From contig CM052817.1 in NCBI GenBank assembly GCA_028534125.1, positions 46,192,001-46,256,000 on the forward strand: a stretch of DNA of 64,000 bases, given 5' to 3'. Every line of letters starts with the position of its first letter. Position 1 is the stretch's first letter. A program made the translations under genes and the position numbers. Of this stretch, positions 40,741 to 50,758 are shown piece after piece. The DNA is from Lama glama (taxonomy: Eukaryota). Below the pieces are notes generated by a model that was given only the letters and a program-made list of their open reading frames with translations, was not told the origin of the DNA and ran no database searches.

Positions 40741-42307
40741 GTTGCTACCTCTAATTATGCCCAGGGCTGGGCATACACACAAAAACCTTAGTACTTGGAC
40801 CAGAAGAAACGCGGGTCTTAGGGACCCTGTGCAGCCCTAGGCCTGAGAACAGTAGCCAAGGCTTTCTCATAGACTTGTCCCCAGCTCCTGCAAGTATGAC
40901 CCAGGCCTTCTTGCTCTGGGCTGTGTTGAAGTACCACTGCCCTCCTACTGGAGACTCAGTGGGCTGTGTCCAGGCCTGGCCCTTGGTCTCAGGAGAGACT
41001 CATGGCAGTGGCAACAGCCCCGTCTCCCCAAGCCAGGGGCCCTGAGTCTGAGTCAGACTCCTACCCTGTGTCCCCAGTCCACCTCTTGGCTGACATGGCC
41101 CAATTCAGCCTTGGCTGACCTACCCTCTGTAGCTACCCCATTTGTCTGATGTTCCAGATTCACCTCAACCTGGCCTGGGACACCCTGGGAGCCCTTTCTT
41201 GGGAGGCAGGTCATCTGGTACCAGTTCGTGTGCCATGGTGAGGCCAGCAGGTGCAGCGGGCAGCTTGCGGACCCAACCCTGGCTGGTTCCCCTCCCTGCA
41301 CACCACTCTGAGGGCCTCCTGCTCTCCTGCTGCATCTCACTTTGTGAGTTTCTCTTTCTCTCCAGTCAAAATAAATGATAAGTCATATGCCTTTCCTTGT
41401 CAGGACACAGTGCAGATGGTGTCTGGGCCAAAGCTGGTCTCTAGACCTGCTCCCTCTGTTAGTTTTCTGATTCCTAGGCGTACTGCTTGACATACATTTC
41501 AATAAAAGATATGGCCTAGTGAATTTGAATGGCTACTGAAAACATCAGTCATGATCAAGATTGAAAATAAGGTCAGTAAGGTGGTGATGTGAAAAATGGA
41601 AGCCACAAAAAGACTTGATATAATTTTTGACATTGTCTGAAGTAGTCAGAAAATGTCTAGTCTCTACCAATGACTGAATAATAAAAATGAATGTAGTTAT
41701 AACTAAAGATATTTTGATGAGGCTGTACTAACTACAGAAATTCTATTGCAAATCTAAATACCTTTCACTTACAGAGAGTTCAGAGTTAATACTGTAAGAA
41801 CTGAGCCAAGATACATCTTTGCTGACACTAGGCATCCATTAACCTCAAAGGAAAGAGTTAAAAAGCAGGTCATGTTTAGAAACTGACTGAAAAGCAAGCA
41901 GACAATAATGAAATTGTTCCTGAGGTTTTCACAACGGAATGAATTCAGAGAAGACTGAATGGTATATGGATGCTGGGTGAAGAAATCACTTTCTCTCTCT
42001 CTCTCTTTTTTTTCCCCAAGTAAGAGATTGGTCTTCAAGTTCTTATGTACAAAATGGATCATTACTCAGCCAAGTTTGGTCTCCCATCTAGAGACCACGG
42101 ATTCCATAGCTTTTTCACTCCCACATAGGAGGGGCCACGTGTCACATGTTCAGGTCAATAGGGTGCTAGCAGAAATGATTCCTGCAACTTCCAGTTCAAT
42201 TTTTTTAAAGGTGAAGTCACCCGACTGTCTCTCTTTCACCTTCCCATGGAAGAAACCATGTATGAGGAGGTAGTTCAACTGTCATCCAATAATGCTCAAG
42301 TGGAACA

Positions 42308-43240
42308 TGTTATGGGCTGAATTGTGTCCCCTCAAAATGTGCATGTTGAAGTCTTAACCTCAGTACCTCAGAATGTCAGTGTATTTGGAGAGAGGATCTT
42401 TTAAGAGGTAACTGAGTTAAAATGAAGCCCTTGGGGTGGGCCCTCTTCCAATATGACTGATGTCCTTCCAAGAAGAGGAAGTTTGGGCATCACCCAGGCA
42501 TGGCGGCATGGAGCCTGGCCACGGCAGCGCCTCTGCTCCACGGGACTGGGACTTCCTCTTCTCTGTGCCCAGCAGATGTTTGCCTTGCAAGCTGAGGGGG
42601 CGCTCAGAGTGACCCAAATTCTCAAAGAAAAGTTTCCCCGAGCTACAGCTATCAAAGTCACTGATGTTTCAGGAGGTTATGGGGCAATGTATGAGATTCA
42701 GATTGAGTCAAGAATTTAAGAAGAAAACTGTCCTGCGTCACCAGATGGTAAATCAGGCACTAAAAGAAGAAACCAAAGGCATGCATGGGTTGCAGATATT
42801 TACCTCCATCCCCAAACACTGACCACGCCCTGGCTGCATAGGTGCTGCTGCTAACACCTTGGGTGAATCTGACTGACACCATTCTTTCCCAGGCATTTGA
42901 CAGAAATTTTATCTATTTGGTTCATAGACATTTCCATAGTATAATTCTAGAATATGTTATCTATTTAGATGCTAATTAAAGGTAAGAGACAACTAAAAAA
43001 TTTTTTTTCATTACAAAAAAAAAAGAAGAGAAAATCTGGATATAAACGTGTATAGAAGTGAAGATACAGGTAGCAGACGACCATCTATCTATAAGCCAAG
43101 AAAAGAGGCATTAGAAGAAATGACCCTGGCAACGCCTTGATCTCTAACTTGTAGCCTCCAGAATTGTATGAAATAAATTTCTTTTATTTAAGACACCAGT
43201 CTGTGGTGCTTAGTTACAACACTTCTGTCGAACTAATACA
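42308..43240 (+). mobile_element. MLT1B-like MaLR solo LTR split by the BOLA3 retrocopy
   Basis: Starts tgttatgggctgaattgtgtcccc, reads as MLT1B to about 42486, resumes at about 43025 and ends aactaataca. Confidence 0.85.
42488..43024 (+). pseudogene. BOLA3: BOLA3 processed pseudogene
   Basis: Intronless, ATG 42500 to TGA 42820-42822: MAAWSLATAAPLLHG..(frameshift)..GLPLLCAQQMFALQAEGALRVTQILKEKFPRATAIKVTDVSGGYGAMYEIQIES..(frameshift)..EFKKKTVLRHQMVNQALKEETKGMHGLQIFTSIPKH*. ATTAAA at 42975-42980, A-tail to 43024, degenerate TSD (agaagaggaagtttgg 42471-42486 / agaagagaaaatctgg 43024-43039). Confidence 0.95.
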
Positions 43241-44940
43241 AACAGTAAGGTGGATGAAACCAGTAGCCCGGGATGAAGCAGGGCTGCGTAACTCCCTTGG
43301 CGGCCTGCCCAACTCCAGACTTCTATGGGAGCAAGCTAAACTACCCTGTTTGAGTTTATGTATTTTGGTGTCTCTTTGTCATAGCAGCTTAACCTATCCT
43401 CTTGTATAATACTTAGAGGGGAAAGGGGGAAAATCATTTAAGCATTTAACAAGAGAAAGAAGCAAACCTTGATGTAGTCACTAAACATAACCATGAACTA
43501 GGATCTCAGCATGGAACATAAATGACAAAAATGTAAGTGCAGAAGTCACGTATTCCTCAAAGTATGTAAATATGCATACACAAACTATCTGGAAGCAACA
43601 ACAGCAAAAAAAAAAATCAGTTCTGTTAGAAGATTAGACATTCTTTTCCATAAAAAGTGGCTTCTTTGTTTTTATAATTTAAATCAGCTTCATCAACAAT
43701 GTAATGTGCCTTTCGACTTATCTCTATAATTTCTATTTACTATTCTATAGGTCTAAGTCAGCAAAGAGAATCATTCTTAGCCCTTAACCCCACCTATTCT
43801 GGTTCTGAGAAAAGTGCCTACACGTTGTTCCTCCTTTCTGTCTCTTTGCTTCTTCTCACCAGTTCTTCCCAGCATTATCTCACTCCCTGCTTTGGTACAG
43901 ACCAGTGGGAGGAGAGGTGTGGTCAGGGATGGAGGCAGGGAGGAGAGAAGCAACCTCAGTCCCTGCAGAATTCATCACAAAACGGAAGTAAAGTTATTAA
44001 AGCTCCCCCAAATTACAGACACATCTGTGTATTACCTACAAGGTGTAAATGAGGCCTGAATGTTCACCAGTGTGAACAAGCTTAGCTGAAGTAACAGCAC
44101 AGGAAGTCAGTGCTCAGATTGTTCAGCTGACCAAAGCCACTCAGTGAAGGGCTGTTCTGAAGGCGTTGTGAGTATGGGCTTCTGAGTCCTGGCCCGCAGA
44201 CAGCTTTCTAGTTTGTTATTCAGAAGAAGTAATTTATAACTTCCATCACATCATCTCTTGTTTCTATTTCATGAGAATACAGCCTTCTTTGTTAGAAATG
44301 TATGAATTCCCTTTCCAAGTTACCAATAGAAAACAATTAGAAGAAATTCCATGGGAAGGTAGGTATGTCTCACTGTTTGGGTTTTTTTTTTTGAAAAACA
44401 TCTACATAGGAAATCCAAATCTTTCAGAAGATTATTCATAATGAAAAATGATTTTTAGACATACAAAATGATTTTATCACTGATGTTTTAAAAAACCGTT
44501 TCTTCTTTTAACGTCCAGTTGGACAGGGGTGCAACGTTCAAGTAGCTGAACAGGCATAGTAAGCATCTGTCAAATGCGGGAAGCAATGATGATCTGTCTT
44601 GAGTTCTATAGCAGAGGATCAATATAAGACAAAATAGCACTACAATTTAGCAATAACCTTAAGGCATTATGAACTCCTCAGAGCACCCAAAAAGGAATTG
44701 TGTTGCAGAGAAAACCTAGCTTGGATCTACTTTAAGGAAAAGCACCAGTGCGGTTTCCTAGAAAAGCTGTTAAGCAAAGAATACCTCCAACACTGCACAA
44801 CCCACATGGGCAGTAATACTGAGAAATCGTAATCAAACACAACCCAATAAGCATGCAGTAGAAGTGATAATGACGTTGGATACGGATTTGAACTACATGA
44901 CCGCTGATTTCATGAATGTTATTGGATATAGAGATAAATA

Positions 44941-45935
44941 CAGGCAGTGCTCACTTTTTATAGTAACGTAAGACCGCAAAAATGACTGTGTGAGTTGAAA
45001 TTGTGCAAAGCAATCTTAATAATCAATGGGGGAAATTACGTTTGTTCAATGACCTTTAAAAATTTTTGGTCAAAACATTAAAAACTCCCTTACTGTCGTT
45101 TATAAATATATAAGAATTGAAAATAATAGTAAAAGTAGTATTTATTTATTATGCCATAATTTAAAACATAAGACACCTTGAGAATTAAAGTGCTTTCTTT
45201 ATTTGTAAAAATCTTATGCAGAGTAGTCTGACTGGTGCCTGTCTTCCTCTGATCATACACCTTATGGTATGGGGCTAGCATCTTTTTTGTGATTGATGAA
45301 TTGTAAGATTCCTTCCAAATTTAGTTCTGCTTCCAACATTCTGTCTGTCCTTTCAATGTCATGACAGATCTCTGAGAGCCCCTTTAATGTAGAGTTTTCT
45401 GCCAGCGTCCCTTCCTCTGGGGCATCATCATCCTTTCAGTCACAACCACTCTCCTCATTTATGTCAGCTAGTTCACCTTCACTAAGCTTGTCTAGCAGTG
45501 TAGCTGGAGTCTCTCAAATGCCAAATGGTGGCACTGTCAATATTCCAAATTTTACTTTCAGCATTAGCACTTTTCATTTCTTTGCTGGCAATTCCCCCTT
45601 TCCGTGATCTAATTTTGTAAAATGTCATGTGGTTTATCACCAAGAGACAAGGAGTCAATGTTGTCTGAACAGAATAACGAATGTGCCATGACCAATCACC
45701 CAGAGGCTTTGAAAGAAGTGATATATGATCGGTCACAGACCATGATGCACATTTGCTACTGACATAATGATTTATGCACTGAAGAGCGAGCAGAGAAGCT
45801 TGCACTTTGTGTGATGACAGTTAATACAGCACGCTAACTGACATCTGAACCCCTTTACTGGGAGACTGGTGCTATCTAGCTACACCGTGGTAACTGATTT
45901 GGGTATATCAGAACCATGTAAAGGGAGGACTGTTG
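44941..45935. mobile_element. TcMar-Tigger-like DNA transposon relic
   Basis: Follows TA. Degenerate TIRs (caggcagtgctcacttt vs reverse complement caacagtcctcccttt). Acidic transposase-like remnant EGELADINEESGCD*KDDDAPE on minus near 45415-45480. Confidence 0.7.
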
Positions 45936-48039
45936 TGTACCAACACTGTTGTTCAGGCACTTTAAAAACTGCTCTTATACATATCCTGGGAGTGGGGGAA
46001 GAGGGAATAAAGAAATAACCTCATGTTCTAAAAGGGAAGTATTAACCAAGTGCAGTATAGGATAGTAGAGATAATAGAGGGTAGAGATTACAGGTGCCTG
46101 TGAACCCACGGCGCCCCATACTGTGTCATTTCAGGCAAGATGCCCAGGCTCTGTGTGCCTCTGTAAAATAGAGGATAATAACATTACCTACCTTTTAGGG
46201 TTATCATCAGAACTCAAAGTTAAACAATATCTACTTACAGGGTTATCTTATATAAAAGGCTGAAAACAATACTAGCGCCCCGTAACACTTCATAAACACT
46301 GACTGTGAGAGCAGGAAATAAGAGCAGGAAACCCTTGTAGGTGAAGGAGATGTGGTCGACAGGAAATTATATCTAAACCAAAACAAAACCCTGACGTTAA
46401 AGTCAAAGGGAAATATTTAGGATGTGTTTATGTCTCTTTTTTTTTTTTTGTCAAGAACAATAGGAAGTGGTGATGCAACCATCATGCTGTATTTGATGTG
46501 AAATATCTCTCTTTTTAGAGAGAAGCCTGATTCAAAATTGAAGCCAAAACCTCTAAGAATGAAGATTACAAATGGGCATCTATATTCTCTTAGATTACAA
46601 ATGGGCATCTATATAAGAGAGAAAATGACTCCTGGTTGCAACTGTGAAATAATTTGCCATTCTTTACATGTTTCCAGGAGTGCCCAAGTAGGGTCACAGA
46701 TGGAACTAATTTTTAAGAATTATTCCCATCAAAGTAACCTGCTTGAAATAGGTCATCCTGTCTCCTTTATTAGTGAGCCAAAGATTTCTGCAAGGACAGT
46801 GTACTTCAGCCCTGGGTTTTACCTTTATCTGGTGTGTCTATCTTGGCTATAGTTAGAGTGAAACTTCCACCGATACTCAGCAGCCACACTTCCCCTGTGG
46901 CAACTTGCAGCCAAATGCGACCAATAAGTTTTGTGGCATAACCCACGCTGCAGTTCCTCCCTCTCAGCTGAGGGATCAGCCCGCACTCAGGTTAAGTCCT
47001 GATGAACAACCTGAAGAGCAACATGTCAAAACCTATCACTCGTGTGCTCCTCTGGGTGGCTGAGTCATGGCCTCGCCGGCAAGACCTTCTTTACCAAGTC
47101 CAGGTCTTCCTCAGGGCTCTGGTTCCAGGAACCAGCAGGGCAACAAGAGTAATATTATCAATCACATGGGCGTATTTTATGATAGGATCAGAAAAACCTG
47201 ACTTTCCGAAGGTTGCAGTGTTTTTACACAATCACTTGGTAGCACTCAGCTGAATGTTCAGGATGCACTAAGTATTAGAGCTGGAAGGAGCCATGCTATC
47301 ATTGCTATCATTTAACTGATAACAACACAGATGGCCAGAGAGGTTGCAAAGTTATAGTGTTCCAATAGTAAATCTGAAAGCATCTCTCCAGTCTCCCAGT
47401 CCAGCGCTCTTTCCTATTCATCTTGCATCTTGTTTCTCTTGATCATTTCCTTTTTTTGTTTCACTATGTACTTAGATACACATAACTGCAATTTAATTTA
47501 ACAGATACTACCAAGGGATTGCATAGCTGTGACTTAGCATATGTACCCACTCCCAAATGCTCATTTTTTAATATTTTCATAATACCCTTATGAGAAAAAA
47601 AATTCTTAGCTAAGTGTAAGAATGTACGAAAGTGATCTGAGACCAGTGAAATATCATATGAGAGAAGGGTCTTATAAAACATTGCCAACTGCAGGGTAAG
47701 CTCGCCCCACAAGCACAATCAAGGTTGTGCAGTTCAGACAGCCCTGCTTTTCCCGCCTTGAGCTGCTTATAATGTTCTGTCTGTGTCATCTGGGTGCATC
47801 GTAAGTGTGTGGTGATTTTGCAATAAACACATGGTAACTATCATGCAAGCAAGAAGAAGAATGACAGTGCAAAAAATAATAAGGTCAGGTTTTAAAATGA
47901 AAGGCATCCTTACTCTTTCAAGTTGAGAAATTCAAGCAGATTATTGATATCTCACATTAGTGACTGAACATGAAAATGAAATAAAGAAACGAGGTCATAT
48001 CCTAGAGAGGTGAGCATGTAAGCATGACACACAGATACA

Positions 48040-48040
<1 letters not shown>

Positions 48041-48074
<34 letters not shown>
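48041..48074. repeat. (AC)17 microsatellite
   Basis: Perfect dinucleotide run. Confidence 0.97.
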
Positions 48075-48077
<3 letters not shown>

Positions 48078-49388
48078 AACTTGGAGGGCACTCCCTGCTA
48101 GGCTGGAAGCTTGATCCCTAGCAAAGCCCTGTAAATGACAGCCTGTAAGGGCAGGAGTGTGCTCTTTGATGAGGTCCATCTGTATTTGTTCTCTTAACCA
48201 TTCTGTCCCTAGAGAATTTTGTCCTCAGGCTTTCCTTTTCTGTTTAGCGCCAGGCTCAGATTGCCCACCTAGATCTGGTCCTTGATGCACCCTAGAAGCT
48301 CGCATACTTGGGGCCAGTACCCTATTCAGAAAGACACTTCTGAGCTCCTGCATGTTCAACTGTATTTCACACCATGCTCGGATTTGGGTAAACCATCAGC
48401 TGATGGCCAGATTCCAAGAGGAAATGTCAAATTTGAATTATTTTGAAAATTGCACTATTTTCCCCTTCAGTTTGTCTATAAAGACACACTAATGACTAAT
48501 GGAGTTCTTGCATGGCCTTGCTTTTTTGGCTGTAATGGTGAACCTAATATACACAATATTTCTAATATGAAAATATCTCCACTTTATTAGACGCATATTT
48601 TATTAGACATTTAAGATTCCTAGATTATTTTGAAAACCTGAATGCAAGTAAGTATCTGACAAAGATATTGGAAGTAAAATTGGATTAGGGGTCAGCATCA
48701 AAAAATATGTCTGTCTTGGTCCTCAGTTTCCTCATCTGTAGAGATAAGGCATTAGTTAGAATTGGTTAGAATAATTTTTTTATTACTACACATTGGCTGC
48801 TTTATCTCCTTTATTGGCCGTTGAAATGGTAGCCTACCTTCTCTTTCTCATCCTCTTTAAAACACAGGTGAAGAATGTTGAATTATCCAGGTAACTAACT
48901 GTCTGGATCTAAAATATAGTTGGGTTAGCAAACACACCCTACGATGACTTCTGGCTCTGAGAGGAATGACTGAGTAGAGAGCATGGATGGTGAAGGACAC
49001 AGATATATTCCAACTTGTCAAAATAATGCCAACTATAAAAGGCTGGCCGAATTCCTTCACTAAAAAAAACTGCATTACAAAGAATTTACTCTTCAAGTAT
49101 TAATGGTGCAATTATGTTTTTCTCCCAAGAAGGGATCGAAGGAAGAAAGGAAGGACAGAAAGAAGGTAAGAAAACAGGAAGGCAGGAGTAAAGGAAGGAA
49201 GTCAAGAGGAAGGAAGGAAAGAAGGAAGCAAATAAGTATGATTAAACTCTTTTCCCTCAGAGGGAAGAGGTTTGATTAATAACTTAATAGTGCCCCCATC
49301 AAATAGAAAGTTTCTCTTTCTTCTATCAAAACATGCAAAGTAGAATCTGTTTTTTCTTTCACTTATCAAAAGAGATATAATTTATTAC

Positions 49389-49514
49389 CTTCAAAGTCCA
49401 CATCTCCAACTAATTTTGTCTTTCCTGTCACCAGATCATGGACGTAGTTGATACCCACATCAATGACAGCAGCGCCTTCTTTAACCATATCAGATGTAAT
49501 CAACTTCGGAATAC
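49389..49514 (-). CDS. MTHFD2L: MTHFD2L penultimate coding exon (126 nt, phase 1/1)
   Basis: Bounded by tttcag| and GAAG|gtaata on the minus strand. Translates (G)[41 protein letters not shown], containing the FolD/MTHFD motifs VIDVGIN and LVGDVDF. Confidence 0.97.
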
Positions 49515-50249
49515 CTGAAAGCAAAACAGAGTAGTAAAACATTGGGAAATATTTGAACTTCGTCCTCGAGTATGACAAAGGTTGATACATGTAATGTTTT
49601 GGTTGTCATGGCTTTAAAAAAATATACAAAATATTTTGTTCCTAAGGAAGAAGCCAACTGCACTTGGTCATTTCTGATCAAGCAGAAGAACAAAAGTAGC
49701 ACATGGTGGCATCTCTGGATGAAATCCTGCCAGGATTTACCCTTTCACCTTAGAGACTACTTACCAGACTTCTCCAAATGAATATCTTCTTGAGCAGCAT
49801 CTTTTTGTATTTCAAGTACTATAAACAGCATGAGATTATGGAAATAAAACAGGATTCTGCTGAAGGTGAGTGGAGTGGAGTGAAAACAACTTGGAAAATG
49901 GAGGGACAGTGAAGGAAGAGAGGGAAGGAGGCAGAGAGGAAGGAAGGATGAAAAGGATGGTAATAAATCATATTCCTCAGGGTTGTGGTAAACTGTAAAG
50001 TGCTGTTCACAAAGTGATATCTCATCAACTCCAAACATGAAAGGCTATCTTGAGCTTTCTTTTTATTTTTTCTTGGTTTCATTGATTCATTTTATCTGTA
50101 TATGACTTGGAAAGGTGTAAGATACAGTAAGTTCTACTCACTATTTTTCCATTCCAGTTTGAAAGGTACTCTACAGAGATCTTACATCACCATCTATTTT
50201 CACAACTCATTTCAAATGTTATTTCAACAGTACCAGCTAACGATGGCTA

Positions 50250-50758
50250 GTGTTCCATTTGTTTTTGTTAAAAATTAACAAACTGTTCCCAAATTTAATG
50301 TCTTAAAACAATAATTTACTATTATGTTTCATGATTCTGTGAATTAGCTGAGCTCAGCTGGATGAATCGTCCTTGGGGTCTTTCATATAATTAGAGTCAG
50401 ATAGTGGCTGAGGCTGGAGTCATCTAAAGATGTGGCTCGGCTGCTTGTCTAAGATGGCGCACTCACTTGGCTGCAACTGATGCTCATGGTGGCTGAGCTC
50501 AACTGGGGTTGTCAACAGGAGCACACAGGTGTGGCCTCTCCACGTGGCTCGGGCTTCTCACAGCCCAGCAGCTGGCCTCCAAGAGTGGGTGTTCTGAGCG
50601 ATAAGAAATAGAAAGTGCTCGTTGCACAGTGTCACTTCTGTCATATTCTATTGGTCAAGCAGTAACAGAATCCACTTAGATTTAAAAGAGGGAATAGAGA
50701 TGCCACTTCTCAATGGGAGGAGAATTAAAGGATTTGTGACCATCTTTTCTCTACCAGA
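50250..50758 (-). mobile_element. Old MLT1-family LTR
   Basis: cccaaatttaatgtcttaaaacaata...ctgagctcagctgg...ggctggagtcatct...ggcctctccacgtggct...atgggaggag motifs. Confidence 0.65.

Noticed and set aside
49366..49590. 74-aa ORF as a standalone MTHFD-like protein
   Set aside because: Only 49389-49514 is exon. The flanking residues are translated intron.
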